Below, piece by piece: positions 20,577-31,639 of a stretch of DNA of 64,000 bases. Made by a program: the position numbers and the translations under genes. Origin of the DNA: an uncultured Ignavibacteriales bacterium (GTDB lineage: Bacteria; Zixibacteria; MSB-5A5; GN15; FEB-12); contig CAYXJN010000002.1 in NCBI GenBank assembly GCA_964464605.1, positions 1 to 64,000 of the forward strand, in the 5' to 3' direction. The notes below the pieces were generated by a model. It saw nothing but the letters and a program-made list of their open reading frames with translations. It made no database searches and was not told the origin of the DNA. Position 1 is the stretch's first letter. Each line of letters opens with the position of its first letter.

Positions 20577-21573
20577 CATCGTTGTTCATCCGGCAATGCC
20601 CCCGTTTGCAGACATTCAGAGGGGGATAGCTGATGCCAAGCTGATCTATGTCGGATCGCATCTTGATCCGGATGGTGACTCGCTCGGTACGCAGTTGGCG
20701 GTCGCATCGTATCTGCAGTCACTCGGAAAGAACGTAATTGTGTGCCGGGATGGAAATATTCCGGACAAATATCAGTTCCTGCCGGGGTGTGACGAAATTC
20801 CGTTGTGCGATGACATAACTGCACCGGGACCGGTTGATACCGCGCTGATTTTGGAATGCCCGAACCCATCGCGGTTGGGGAAAGGGCAAAAACTGATTTC
20901 GCCGAATACTAAAGTTATCAATATCGACCACCACATTGACAATACGATCTACGGCCATATTAACTGGGTGAACAGTGGCGCATCTTCGGTAGGGGAGATG
21001 ATGTATGAGTATTTGCAATTTGCCGGATACAAACTCTCAAGGGAAGAAGCGGTCTCTCTGTATACTGCAATTCTGACCGATACCGGACGGTTTCGGTACA
21101 ATTCGACATCAGCGCGAACAATGGAAATAGCCGGAGAATTGATCGATGCCGGCGCTGATCCGTACGCGATTGTCGAACAAATCTACTACCGTACCAAACC
21201 ATCGACTTTAAAACTGCTTGGCCGCGTGTTAGGTGGAATGGAAATGTACCATGACGGCCAGCTTTGCATGCTTTCGGTCACGAACAAAATGATGGCCGAG
21301 TGCGAAGCGCGTAGCACTGAGACCGAAGGGATTGTCGATTGGACATTGCTTAGTGACGGCGTATTAGTCGGCGTGTTCGTTAAGGAAGTCGATGCCGCTA
21401 AATCAAAAGCATCGCTGCGCTCCAAGGATGTTATCAATGTAGCCGCTATCGCAGCTGATTTCGGCGGCGGTGGGCATGTGAATGCGGCCGGATGTGTTAT
21501 CGAACTGCCGCTTGAAAAAGCGAAAGCGTTGTTGGTTGAAAAGATCGGCGAAGCTTTAAACAGCGTTGCGTGA
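20548..21573 (+). CDS. nrnA: DHH/DHHA1 phosphoesterase (NrnA-like oligoribonuclease/pAp phosphatase); alternative start 20596
   Basis: HLDPDGD, NIDHH, TDTGRF, SLRS, GGGGHVNAAG. Confidence 0.9.
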   Translation: MKSETKIRNNIVVHPAMPPFADIQRGIADAKLIYVGSHLDPDGDSLGTQLAVASYLQSLGKNVIVCRDGNIPDKYQFLPGCDEIPLCDDITAPGPVDTALILECPNPSRLGKGQKLISPNTKVINIDHHIDNTIYGHINWVNSGASSVGEMMYEYLQFAGYKLSREEAVSLYTAILTDTGRFRYNSTSARTMEIAGELIDAGADPYAIVEQIYYRTKPSTLKLLGRVLGGMEMYHDGQLCMLSVTNKMMAECEARSTETEGIVDWTLLSDGVLVGVFVKEVDAAKSKASLRSKDVINVAAIAADFGGGGHVNAAGCVIELPLEKAKALLVEKIGEALNSVA

Positions 21574-22511
21574 CCATGTATAGCGGTATTCTCCTCGTCA
21601 ACAAACCGATCGGCATGACCAGTCATGACGTCATCGATCGTCTTCGTAAAATTACCGGACAACGTCGTATCGGCCATACCGGAACACTTGACCCAATGGC
21701 CAAGGGTCTTTTAGTCGTTTGTTTGGGTAATGCGACGGTGATGTCGCAGTTTTTAAGCGATGAAACCAAACAATACGAAGCGGAAATCTACCTGGGCATG
21801 CGATCAAAGACCTATGACCGGGAAGGTATTGATGCTGAAACGCCAATACAGCCAGTTCCTGAATTGTCCCTCGAGCAAATAAATGTTCTGATAGAACAGT
21901 TTACCGGAACAATTGAACAGACTGTCCCGCCATTTTCCGCAGTGAAAGTACAGGGAAAGAAATTGTACGAACTGGCACGACAGGGAGAAAGAATCGAATC
22001 ATTACCGATTCGCACCGTCGAGATTTCGAAATTAACTGTGCTCTCATACCAGACTCCCAAACTCAGTATTCGAATCGGCTGCTCGAAAGGAACCTATATC
22101 CGATCACTCGCGCATGATATCGGTGAAGCAGTTGGGTGTGGAGCGTATTTATCCCAGTTGAAACGAACGGCAGTCGGGAGATGTTCCCTTGATGACGCCT
22201 TATCGCTTGAAGCAATCGAAACGCTGCATATAAGCGGTGAGTTATCATCGCATCTGATCTCAGGAGAAACATTAGTTTCATATGCGGCACTGACTATCAG
22301 CGATCGTTTTTCTAACGTAGTACAGCATGGCCAGCCATTACTCGGTGATGATGTTGTCAGCGCTGACCGTGCGTTTGCGTTAGGTGAACGGATTGCGCTG
22401 CGGGATTCTCATGGGAAAATCCGCGCTATCGGTGAAGCGATGGTTAATTCCGCGCAATTGGCCGATGCGGCGAATCAGCGGGTGTTTAGATATTTGCGAG
22501 TTCTATCGTGA
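21570..22511 (+). CDS. truB: tRNA pseudouridine(55) synthase
   Basis: KPIGMTSHD, GHTGTLDP, CSKGTYIRSL. Confidence 0.97.
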   Translation: MTMYSGILLVNKPIGMTSHDVIDRLRKITGQRRIGHTGTLDPMAKGLLVVCLGNATVMSQFLSDETKQYEAEIYLGMRSKTYDREGIDAETPIQPVPELSLEQINVLIEQFTGTIEQTVPPFSAVKVQGKKLYELARQGERIESLPIRTVEISKLTVLSYQTPKLSIRIGCSKGTYIRSLAHDIGEAVGCGAYLSQLKRTAVGRCSLDDALSLEAIETLHISGELSSHLISGETLVSYAALTISDRFSNVVQHGQPLLGDDVVSADRAFALGERIALRDSHGKIRAIGEAMVNSAQLADAANQRVFRYLRVLS

Positions 22512-23485
22512 GTTTTCTAGCGATTACCGATATTTCTGCGTTCAAACCAGATCCGAACGGGGCAAGTGTCACTATCGGTATGTTCGATGGGTTGCACTTG
22601 GGACATCGCCAGATTATCGAATCAGTTGTAAACGATGCGAAGCAGCACAATCGCCAGCCCGCTGTTGTTACATTCTATCCGCACCCGCGCACTATTGTCA
22701 CACCGAACGATGTCCCGCAACTGTTGACCGTACCCGCAGAAAAAGAATTACTGTTCGCACACTACGACCTGACTTTGCTGACGCTGCAGTTCAACGAAAC
22801 GCTTCGCAATGTTCCGGCCGAAGAATTCGTGAAAACGTACTTGCTTGATAAACTGAACATGAAACACCTAATAATCGGCCCAAGCCACACAATTGGCAAA
22901 AAACGGGAAGGAACGCCTGAAAAGCTGGCTGAATTGGGGAAAAAGCATGGCTTTACCGTGACAATCGTTCCGCCGGTTATGGTTGGAGGAGAGCCGGTTT
23001 CCTCTTCCCGGGTACGAAAGGCCGTTACAGATGGCCAATTCGACCAAGTCCTTGAGCTGTTGGCCGGGGAGTTTCTGGTGACCGGAACAGTCGAAAAAGG
23101 GATCGGTTTGGGTAAAAAACTGGGGATTCCGACCGCAAATGTGGCCGTATCAGACGAAAAACTGCTCCCAGACGAGGGGATTTATGCCTGTTTCGCAAAC
23201 GTTGACAGTGACAAAAAAGGTGGTATTTTGTTTATTGGAAGGAATCATTTTAACCCTGAGCCCCGAATTACCGTCGAGGCTCACCTGTTTGATTTCGATC
23301 GGGACATTTACGGGAAGACCCTGACGGTCCGCCCGGTCCGCTTAATCCGGGAAAACCGGAAATTCAGCTCTACCAATGCATTGATGGAGCAGATACGACA
23401 TGACATTGATATTGCGAATACTATACTTATAAAGGAGAAGAAGAATGACTGTGACAAAAGAGCAGAAAGCTCAAATTGTCGGTGA
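22508..23485 (+). CDS. ribF: Bifunctional riboflavin kinase/FAD synthetase
   Basis: [36 protein letters not shown]. Confidence 0.96.
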   Translation: MSFLAITDISAFKPDPNGASVTIGMFDGLHLGHRQIIESVVNDAKQHNRQPAVVTFYPHPRTIVTPNDVPQLLTVPAEKELLFAHYDLTLLTLQFNETLRNVPAEEFVKTYLLDKLNMKHLIIGPSHTIGKKREGTPEKLAELGKKHGFTVTIVPPVMVGGEPVSSSRVRKAVTDGQFDQVLELLAGEFLVTGTVEKGIGLGKKLGIPTANVAVSDEKLLPDEGIYACFANVDSDKKGGILFIGRNHFNPEPRITVEAHLFDFDRDIYGKTLTVRPVRLIRENRKFSSTNALMEQIRHDIDIANTILIKEKKNDCDKRAESSNCR

Positions 23486-23714
23486 ACATCGGTTACACAA
23501 TACCGACACGGGTTCACCTGAAGTCCAAATCGGGCTGTTGACCGCCCGGATCAATGAGCTCACTGATCACATGAAAACCCACACCAAAGATTATCACAGC
23601 CGTTTGGGGCTGCTGAAACTGGTGGGTAAACGCCGCCGTTTGCTCGATTATTTAGAGGATCGGGACATCGACGGATATCGACAATTAATCAACCGTCTTG
23701 GCTTACGCCGCTAA
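23445..23714 (+). CDS. rpsO: 30S ribosomal protein S15
   Basis: [37 protein letters not shown] inside the ribF 3' end. Confidence 0.99.
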   Translation: MTVTKEQKAQIVGEHRLHNTDTGSPEVQIGLLTARINELTDHMKTHTKDYHSRLGLLKLVGKRRRLLDYLEDRDIDGYRQLINRLGLRR

Positions 23715-23739
23715 CGCGAGAGGAAAATAGAAAATATAT

Positions 23740-25851
23740 ATGGCTCATCGCGTAGAAATTGAACTCGGCGGCCGTCGGATGATTATTGAAACCGGCAGGA
23801 TGGCCAAACAGGCGCAGGGAGCGACCACAGTGCAGTATGGTGATTCGATGATTATTGCCACTGTCTGTGCCGCCAGCGAACCGAAAGTAGATCAGGACTT
23901 TTTTCCGCTCACCGTCGAATATCGTGAGCGTTCATACGCCGCTGGAAAAATTCCGGGCGGCTTTTTTAAACGGGAAGGGAGACCGTCGGAGAAAGAGATT
24001 CTCTCCGCCCGTATCATCGACCGGCCGATCCGGCCTTTGTTTCCCGATGATTTCCGCTGTGAAACACAGTGTATTTCGTATGTCATTTCCCACGACCAGC
24101 AAAACGACACCGACCTGTTGGCACTAATCGGCACCTCGGCTGCAATCGCAGTCTCCGGTATTCCGGTTGCCAAAATTGTTGCGGGTGTCCGCGTCGGTCG
24201 TATCAACGGTGAATTCGTTATCAATCCGCAGTTTCAGCACCTGGACGAGAGTGATATCAATGTCACCCTTGCCGGTTCAGCCGATGCCATCACGATGGTA
24301 GAAGGCGGCTGTCAGGAAATTTCCGAAACGGAATTGATCGACGCCTTGATCTTCGGTCATAACCACATCAAACAGATCGTGGCGAAAATCGAAGAACTGA
24401 AAAAGATGATCAACCCGCCGGTGTTCACCTATACGCCGCTGGCGCCGAATCCCGTAATCGTCGAAAAGACCAAACAGCTGGTAGGCAACCGCCTCGATAC
24501 CTACAACCGTATCGCCGACAAAGAAACCCGTCGTACTGAAAAGAAAAAAATGACGGATGAAATTGTCGAGGCGCTTGTGGCAGAATTTCCGGATGGAAAA
24601 GCGACGATCAAAAACGCGATCCATGATCTGGATTCCGTTTCGATGCGTTCGATGATTTTGGATGAAGGCAAGCGTATCGACGGTCGCGGTACCCGCGATA
24701 TTCGTCAGATTACCTGCGATGTCGGCGTGCTTCCACGCGCCCATGGTTCATCGTTGTTTACCCGTGGTCAAACACAGGCGCTTGTTGCCGTGACCCTCGG
24801 CACCAAGATGGATGAACAACGGTTGGATGAACTGGAAGGGGAATCGACCAAGAGCTACATGCTCCATTACAATTTCCCGCCGTTCTCAACCGGTGAAACG
24901 AAAGGTATCCGCGGAACAAGCCGTCGTGAAATCGGCCATGGCGCTCTTGCTGAGCGCGCATTGCTGCCAGTGATTCCGTCAGAAACTTCATTTCCGTACA
25001 CCGTTCGTGTCGTATCCGATATTCTTGAATCGAACGGTTCATCTTCAATGGCCTCAGTCTGCGGTGCATCGCTTGCGTTCATGGATGCCGGCGTACCGAT
25101 CAAGAGCGCCGTTGCCGGTATAGCGATGGGACTTATCACCGATGATAAGAAACGTGTCGCGGTACTGACCGATATTCTCGGTGATGAAGATCATTTCGGT
25201 GATATGGACTTTAAAGTCGCCGGTACTACCACCGGTGTGACTGCGGTTCAGATGGATATCAAGATTACCGGATTGGATATCGAAACGATGCGCACCGCTT
25301 TGGAGCAGGCGCGTCAGGCCCGGTTAAGCATTCTTGACAGTATGAATGCGACTATTTCGAAACACAGGGATCAACTCTCCGAATATGCCCCCAGAATTAT
25401 TACCTTCAAGATCAATCCCTCGAGAATCGGCGAGGTCATTGGCCCCGGCGGTAAAGTCATTCGTGCAATCGTTGAAGAAACCGGCGCGAAGATCGATATC
25501 GAGGATGATGGTACCGTTATCATCGCCTCAGTCGATGGTGAAGCCGGTCGCCGCGCCAAAGAACGCGTGCAGGCGATTGTCGAAGAAGCGGAACTGGGAA
25601 GAGTCTACAGCGGCACGGTGCGGCGCATCGCAGCATTCGGCGCTTTTGTGGAAATCATTCCGGGTACCGACGGGTTGGTGCATATTTCCGAGTTGGATGT
25701 GAATCGCGTCAACCGGGTTGAAGATGTCGTCAGAGTGGGTGATCGCATTGATGTCAAAGTGATCAACATTGATGAAGACGGAAAAATTCGCCTTTCTCGT
25801 AAGGCGGTATTAACCGGTGAAAATGGCGACGCAGCCAAAGTCAAAAACTAA
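23740..25851 (+). CDS. pnp: Polyribonucleotide nucleotidyltransferase
   Basis: FFPLTVEY, GKIPGGFFKREG, RREIGHG, ESNGSSSMA, GDMDFKVAG, KH and S1 domains. Confidence 0.99.
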   Translation: MAHRVEIELGGRRMIIETGRMAKQAQGATTVQYGDSMIIATVCAASEPKVDQDFFPLTVEYRERSYAAGKIPGGFFKREGRPSEKEILSARIIDRPIRPLFPDDFRCETQCISYVISHDQQNDTDLLALIGTSAAIAVSGIPVAKIVAGVRVGRINGEFVINPQFQHLDESDINVTLAGSADAITMVEGGCQEISETELIDALIFGHNHIKQIVAKIEELKKMINPPVFTYTPLAPNPVIVEKTKQLVGNRLDTYNRIADKETRRTEKKKMTDEIVEALVAEFPDGKATIKNAIHDLDSVSMRSMILDEGKRIDGRGTRDIRQITCDVGVLPRAHGSSLFTRGQTQALVAVTLGTKMDEQRLDELEGESTKSYMLHYNFPPFSTGETKGIRGTSRREIGHGALAERALLPVIPSETSFPYTVRVVSDILESNGSSSMASVCGASLAFMDAGVPIKSAVAGIAMGLITDDKKRVAVLTDILGDEDHFGDMDFKVAGTTTGVTAVQMDIKITGLDIETMRTALEQARQARLSILDSMNATISKHRDQLSEYAPRIITFKINPSRIGEVIGPGGKVIRAIVEETGAKIDIEDDGTVIIASVDGEAGRRAKERVQAIVEEAELGRVYSGTVRRIAAFGAFVEIIPGTDGLVHISELDVNRVNRVEDVVRVGDRIDVKVINIDEDGKIRLSRKAVLTGENGDAAKVKN

Positions 25852-27130
25852 ACGACCAGTCGCCGTCCCCAAAGACGGCGACATCGTCTATAAAAAGACA
25901 GTCCTGCCCAACGGTTTGCGAATCGTGACGGAAACTATTCCGTCGGTTCGTTCCATATCGCTTGGGGTTTGGATCGATGTCGGTTCCCGTAACGAGAAAC
26001 CGGAAGAATCCGGCATTTCCCATTACATCGAACACATGGTGTTCAAAGGGACCAAAAAACGCTCAGCCAAACAGATCGCGGAGTCGCTGGAATCTATCGG
26101 CGGGATGCTCAACGCGTTTACCTCGCGTGAGCAGACCTGTTTTACCGCGCGGATTTTGGATGAACATCTGCCGATCGCAATGGATGTGCTCTCCGATATC
26201 ACCTGCAATGCCACATTCACGAAAACTAATCTTGAACGTGAAAAGCTGGTTATTCTCGAAGAGATCAAAGAATCGCTCGATACGCCGTCTGATCATATCC
26301 ATGATATCTTTTCGGAAGCGTATTGGGGGGATCATCCCTTGGGACGCCCGATTATGGGAACGATGGAAACGATTCAGGCGATGCCGCGTGAGCGGGTTAT
26401 GTCGTATGTGAAGCGTAACTATCGTGCCGGTTCGGTGGTGGTAGCGGCCTGCGGTTCGGTATCGCACAACAAGCTTGTCGATTTATGCCGTAAGCTTTTT
26501 ACGTTTCCGCAGGGAACAGCCTATCCGGCGCCGTTGGCTTCAATACCCGGCAACCGGACCGTGCACAAAACGGATTCGCATGAGCAGGCGCATCTCTGTA
26601 TCGGATTCCCGTGTGTGTCGTTCACTTCGCCGGAACGTACGGTCGCGACTGCGATCAGTACGTATTTGGGCGGAGGAATGTCTTCAGTCTTGTTTCAAAA
26701 GATTCGTGAAGACAAAGGGCTTGCCTATACTGTCTATTGCTATTCCGATTTTTACCGGGATGCCGGTTTGTTCGGGATTTATCTCGCAACCGATAATGGG
26801 AAAAAAGAGCAGGCAATCGATATTGCGCTTTCCGAAGTCAAAAAACTGAAACGGAAACCGCTTGATTCGCTTACCTTAGATCAAATCAAAGCGCAGTTAA
26901 AAGGACAGATGACCCTCGCGATGGAATCAACCAGCAGCCGGATGAGCCGTCTTGCCCGGCATGAATTGATTCTTGGTGAGTACCGTCCGTTGTCGGTTAC
27001 CCTCAAAGAAATCGACGCGCTTAAGCCCGCGATGTTACAAGCATTGGCCGAGCGGCTGTTTCACGACAAATTGATGACACTTGCGACGCTTGGCCCCGCG
27101 GACAAACCCGCAGCCGGCCATGCAGCCTGA
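25823..27130 (+). CDS. M16 family zinc peptidase
   Basis: Inverted zinc motif HYIEH, NAFTSRE, GGMSSVLFQKIRE. Confidence 0.95.
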   Translation: MATQPKSKTKRPVAVPKDGDIVYKKTVLPNGLRIVTETIPSVRSISLGVWIDVGSRNEKPEESGISHYIEHMVFKGTKKRSAKQIAESLESIGGMLNAFTSREQTCFTARILDEHLPIAMDVLSDITCNATFTKTNLEREKLVILEEIKESLDTPSDHIHDIFSEAYWGDHPLGRPIMGTMETIQAMPRERVMSYVKRNYRAGSVVVAACGSVSHNKLVDLCRKLFTFPQGTAYPAPLASIPGNRTVHKTDSHEQAHLCIGFPCVSFTSPERTVATAISTYLGGGMSSVLFQKIREDKGLAYTVYCYSDFYRDAGLFGIYLATDNGKKEQAIDIALSEVKKLKRKPLDSLTLDQIKAQLKGQMTLAMESTSSRMSRLARHELILGEYRPLSVTLKEIDALKPAMLQALAERLFHDKLMTLATLGPADKPAAGHAA

Positions 27131-27911
27131 TACGCAACATATCAGCGCGAGTCCGCCAAATCAGAGAGGTGAGGAGACTTCTCTGGTTTTGGCGTTTCAT
27201 TCGTTGAGCGATCGTTTCACCTTCGGTATCTCCAATTATTCACCGAAACGTTTTTCTAAACTACTTGCAGCGCTGTGCGACAAACTGCCTGAAACAACTC
27301 TCAACCGGATGGTGACAACGTTCGATGACGGTTACGCGCATCTTTTAGATGTTCTACCACCGCTCATAGCCAAGTATCAGTTTGCGCCGGTTATTTTCAT
27401 GCCAACCGCATACATAGGGAAGAGCAACAGTTGGGACTACGGCGGGCGGCTACGCCGCTTTAATCATTTACGTGAGACCGATATCCGTGAATTACATCGA
27501 CTCGGCGCGCAGTTCGGCTCGCATGGGCACCAGCACGTCGATTTGCGAAGATTGTCGGATGAGTCATTGAAAGAGCAGCTACAGCAATCCAAGGATTCAC
27601 TTGAATCTATAACCGGCAACAACGTTACCCAGATTAGCTATCCATTCGGTCGGTATGATGAGCGAGCAATCAATATTGCTAAAGAAGTCGGCTTTACCAA
27701 TGGCTTCACCATGTGTTTCCCGAAACCAACAGACAGCCGATTAGCACTGGGGAGATACCCTGTCTATGCCTGCGATACAGCTGGGATGGTTATTCAAAAG
27801 ATTACGCAGGGCATGCTTTATCATCCGCTGAATTGGTTTGTCAAAACAGCTGGAGCGCTTTCTTATGGCACGCCGCTTTGGAAACGGATGAGCGGCCAGC
27901 TGTTGGATTAA
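27120..27911 (+). CDS. Polysaccharide deacetylase (NodB/CE4)
   Basis: TFDDG, SHGHQH, SYPFG. Confidence 0.88.
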   Translation: MQPDTQHISASPPNQRGEETSLVLAFHSLSDRFTFGISNYSPKRFSKLLAALCDKLPETTLNRMVTTFDDGYAHLLDVLPPLIAKYQFAPVIFMPTAYIGKSNSWDYGGRLRRFNHLRETDIRELHRLGAQFGSHGHQHVDLRRLSDESLKEQLQQSKDSLESITGNNVTQISYPFGRYDERAINIAKEVGFTNGFTMCFPKPTDSRLALGRYPVYACDTAGMVIQKITQGMLYHPLNWFVKTAGALSYGTPLWKRMSGQLLD

Positions 27912-27966
27912 TACGGCAAATCTATTGCGCCGGTTGGCGTTACGCTGTTAATTCTCCTTTCATACT

Positions 27967-30456
27967 ATGGAACAGACGACCAAAGCACATATTAAGTACG
28001 ATTTCAAGACTATCGAGCGCACCTGGCAGGAGCGCTGGAAAGAAACTGACTTATACCGCGCCCCGGAAATGTCGCGCGGCGGGGATAAGAAATTTTACAT
28101 GCTCGTGATGTTCCCGTACCCATCCGGGGATATTCATATGGGGCATTTTCGCAATTACATTATCGCCGATGCCGTCGCTCGTTATCAAATGATGCTCGGT
28201 AAGGATGTCTTGCATCCGTTCGGGTGGGATGCCTTCGGATTGCCGGCCGAAAACGCGGCAATTAAGCATGGGGTTCATCCGTCAGAATGGACAGTCAAAA
28301 ATATCGGCGTGTCCCGCACCACGATTCAACAAGTCGGTATTTCGTATGACTGGTCGCGCGAAGTCAATTCCAGTGCGCCTGATTACTACAAATGGACGCA
28401 GTGGATGTTCTTGCAGATGTTCAAACGCGGTCTTGCCGTTCGCAAACGCGGGTTCGTGAACTGGTGTCCCAAAGACAAAACGGTTTTGGCGAATGAACAA
28501 GTTAAAGATGGTCAGTGCGAACGGTGCGGAACATTGGTCGAGAAAAAGGATCAGATTCAGTGGTACTTCAAAATTACCGAGTATGCTGACCGTCTCACCG
28601 ATGACTTAGACAAGCTTCCGCATTGGCCGGAAAATGTGAAGGCGATGCAGCGCGCCTGGATTGGCCGTTCGTATGGTGCCGAAATTGATTTTGTTATTGA
28701 AGGCACGAACGAAAAACTGCCGATATTCACGACTCGTCCGGACACGGTGTTCGGCGTGACGTTTATGGCGATTTCACCGGAATCCGAGTTACTTGACCGC
28801 TTACAGATGGATGCCGAGCATGCCGCCAAAGTGAAAGCATACCGGGCGGAAGCATTGCGCCGTTCGGAAATCGATCGCGCGGCAGTGAACACCGACAAGG
28901 ATGGTGTCTTTACCGGCAAGTATGCGATCAATCCGTTGAACGGCGATAAAGTGCAGTTGTGGGTCGCTGATTATGTGTTGGGCGGTTATGGCACCGGTGT
29001 CGTCATGGGCGTCCCGGCTCATGACTCGCGGGATTTTGCCTTCGCCAAGAAATACAACATTCCGGTCAAAATAGTGATTCGCAAAGAGGATGGTTCAGAA
29101 ACAACGCCGGATGAACCGTATACTGAATATGGTCCTATGACCAATTCTGGTGAATTCGATGGCTTAGCCGGAGAAAAGGCGATTGCTAAAGTCACAGAAT
29201 CTGTTGCCGCCAAAGGCATTGGCCGCAAAAAGGTAAACTATAAGTTGAAGGATTGGCTGATTTCCCGTCAACGCTTCTGGGGCTGCCCAATTCCGATTAT
29301 TCATTGTAGGGCCTGCGGTGAAGTGCCGGTGCCGGATACTGAGTTGCCGGTGTTGTTGCCTAATGTGATGAATTTCATGCCGCAAGGACGTTCGCCGCTG
29401 GCTGATGTGCCTGAGTATATGAACGTGAAATGTCCGAAATGCGGCGGTCCGGCGGAACGAGATCCGGATACTATGGACACGTTCGTTTGTTCGTCATGGT
29501 ATTTCTTGCGCTATGTCGATCCGAATAATGAGAATCTGCCGTTTGATCCGGCCAAAGCGAACAACTGGATGCCAGTTGATTTGTATATCGGTGGTATCAC
29601 GCATGCGACCGGACATTTGTTGTACTTCAGATTTTTCACCAAAGTGCTTCATGATATGGGCATGCTCAAAGTCGATGAACCGGATACGCAATTGTTCAAC
29701 CACGGTATGGTTATGGATGCAAGCGGTCAGGTGATGTCAAAATCCAAAGGAAATGTCGTTTCTCCAATAGGACTCATGGATCAGCGCGGTATCGATGTCG
29801 CCCGGTTGGCGATGTTTTTCTCGGCGCCGTCAGACCGTGAATTGCTCTGGACCGGCGATGCCGTCACCGGAGTCGAGAAGTTCGTTATGAATCGGCTGTA
29901 TCCGATGGTCAAGCAATACCGCGGCACCAAAGCCGAGCCGAACAAACAATTCGACCGTGACAGTATGGCCGAATACGAACGGAAAATTCATAGCCGGTTA
30001 CACAAATCGATTTCCATGGTAACGGACGGCTGCAAGCGAATTCAGTTTAATACTTCGATAGCAGCCCTAATGGAACTCGAAGCTGAATATGATTCATCCA
30101 AGATCACCAATAATGAGCTGAATGATTCGATAATCAGGACGGCGATTCAGTTAATAGCGCCGCTGGCGCCGCATTTGGCCGAGCAAATGTGGTCGGAAAT
30201 CGGCGGATCATTTTCGGTATTCAAGTCATGGTGGCCGGAAGCTGACCCGAAAGCGGCTGTCGGTGACACGATAGCCGTGGCGGTTCAGGTGAACGGGAAG
30301 CTCAGGGATACATTAGAAGTAGCCCCGACTGTCAGTCAACCAGAGGTAGAGAAAGCTGCCTATGACAGCGCTAAGGTAGCGGCATTTACAGACGGCAAAG
30401 AAGTGGTCAAGGTCATTTATGTGCCGGGGCGGATACTGAATATCGTGGTCAAATGA
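27967..30456 (+). CDS. leuS: Leucine--tRNA ligase
   Basis: MFPYPSG, HMGH, FTTRPDT, GTGVVMGVPAHD, DWLISRQR, VMSKS. Confidence 0.98.
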   Translation: MEQTTKAHIKYDFKTIERTWQERWKETDLYRAPEMSRGGDKKFYMLVMFPYPSGDIHMGHFRNYIIADAVARYQMMLGKDVLHPFGWDAFGLPAENAAIKHGVHPSEWTVKNIGVSRTTIQQVGISYDWSREVNSSAPDYYKWTQWMFLQMFKRGLAVRKRGFVNWCPKDKTVLANEQVKDGQCERCGTLVEKKDQIQWYFKITEYADRLTDDLDKLPHWPENVKAMQRAWIGRSYGAEIDFVIEGTNEKLPIFTTRPDTVFGVTFMAISPESELLDRLQMDAEHAAKVKAYRAEALRRSEIDRAAVNTDKDGVFTGKYAINPLNGDKVQLWVADYVLGGYGTGVVMGVPAHDSRDFAFAKKYNIPVKIVIRKEDGSETTPDEPYTEYGPMTNSGEFDGLAGEKAIAKVTESVAAKGIGRKKVNYKLKDWLISRQRFWGCPIPIIHCRACGEVPVPDTELPVLLPNVMNFMPQGRSPLADVPEYMNVKCPKCGGPAERDPDTMDTFVCSSWYFLRYVDPNNENLPFDPAKANNWMPVDLYIGGITHATGHLLYFRFFTKVLHDMGMLKVDEPDTQLFNHGMVMDASGQVMSKSKGNVVSPIGLMDQRGIDVARLAMFFSAPSDRELLWTGDAVTGVEKFVMNRLYPMVKQYRGTKAEPNKQFDRDSMAEYERKIHSRLHKSISMVTDGCKRIQFNTSIAALMELEAEYDSSKITNNELNDSIIRTAIQLIAPLAPHLAEQMWSEIGGSFSVFKSWWPEADPKAAVGDTIAVAVQVNGKLRDTLEVAPTVSQPEVEKAAYDSAKVAAFTDGKEVVKVIYVPGRILNIVVK

Positions 30457-30524
30457 CCCGGCTTCTGGTTTCCGTGCTTATCGGTTAACATAATATATCT
30501 TATGGGACATTAATTCGGAAGTTC

Positions 30525-31217
30525 ATGAAACTCTCAGTCGTTATCCCTGTCTATAATGAAGTCCATACGCTTGAGGAGTTAGTCCGCCGGGTCAAAGGCT
30601 CTCCTATTTCCAGTCCGGAGATTATCCTCGTCGATGACTGCTCTACCGACGGTACCCGTGATTTGATAAAGCAAAAGATCGAATCACAGGTCGCCAAGGT
30701 CATCTATCAGCCGGTAAATATGGGTAAAGGCGCGGCGCTGAAAGCCGGATTCGCGCAAGCTACCGGAGATATTGTAGTCGTACAGGATGCTGATCTGGAA
30801 TATGATCCGAACGAGTACCCTGCCCTGATCGAGCCTATCCTTTCTGATAAAGCGGACGTGGTCTACGGCTCACGGTTTATCGGCAGCGGGGCGCATCGTG
30901 TCGTTTATTTCTGGCATTCGGTCGGCAACCGGTTTCTGACACTCTGTTCCAACATGCTCACCAATATCAATCTCACTGATATGGAAACCTGCTACAAAGC
31001 GTTTCGCAGGGAGATTATTCAGCAGATCGATATCAAAGAACGCCGGTTCGGTGTCGAACCGGAACTGACTGCCAAGATCGCCAAGATGAAAGTTCGCATT
31101 TACGAAATCGGCATTTCCTATTACGGCCGCACCTATGAAGAAGGAAAAAAGATAAACTGGAAAGATGGTGTCGCGGCCTTGTACTGCATTATCAAATACA
31201 ATCTCTTTTCAAAGTAA
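30525..31217 (+). CDS. GT2 glycosyltransferase (polyprenol-phosphate glycosyltransferase-like)
   Basis: [35 protein letters not shown]. Confidence 0.93.
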   Translation: MKLSVVIPVYNEVHTLEELVRRVKGSPISSPEIILVDDCSTDGTRDLIKQKIESQVAKVIYQPVNMGKGAALKAGFAQATGDIVVVQDADLEYDPNEYPALIEPILSDKADVVYGSRFIGSGAHRVVYFWHSVGNRFLTLCSNMLTNINLTDMETCYKAFRREIIQQIDIKERRFGVEPELTAKIAKMKVRIYEIGISYYGRTYEEGKKINWKDGVAALYCIIKYNLFSK

Positions 31218-31222
31218 ACTAT

Positions 31223-31639
31223 ATGGCAAGAGCATCTGTTGGTTATTCCGGCACTTCTTTAGTAAAAAAACTGGGGATCAAAGATGGTACCCAGATAGTT
31301 GCGCTCAATGCACCGAAACAATATCCAAGTTTATTAGGAAAACTTCCGAGAGGGTCAAAGATTGTTGCTAAACTTGCTAAAGATGCTGCCTTTATCCATT
31401 TATTCACAGATGAACAAGTTGACTTAAAGAAACAGCTATCTGCAATTACTAAGTCACTGGCAAAGGATGGCATCCTTTGGGTATCCTGGCCGAAAAAGAG
31501 TTCCGGTGTTCCGACCGATATTACCGAAGACACGCTTCGTGTGATTATTCTGCCGACCGGATTAGTTGATGTTAAGGTCTGTGCGATAGATGAAACCTGG
31601 TCGGGATTGAAATTTCTCTGGCGACTTGAGAAGCGCTAA
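31223..31639 (+). CDS. DUF3052-like protein
   Basis: GYSGTSLVKKLGIK, WVSWPKK, VDVKVCAIDETWSGLK. Confidence 0.8.
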   Translation: MARASVGYSGTSLVKKLGIKDGTQIVALNAPKQYPSLLGKLPRGSKIVAKLAKDAAFIHLFTDEQVDLKKQLSAITKSLAKDGILWVSWPKKSSGVPTDITEDTLRVIILPTGLVDVKVCAIDETWSGLKFLWRLEKR

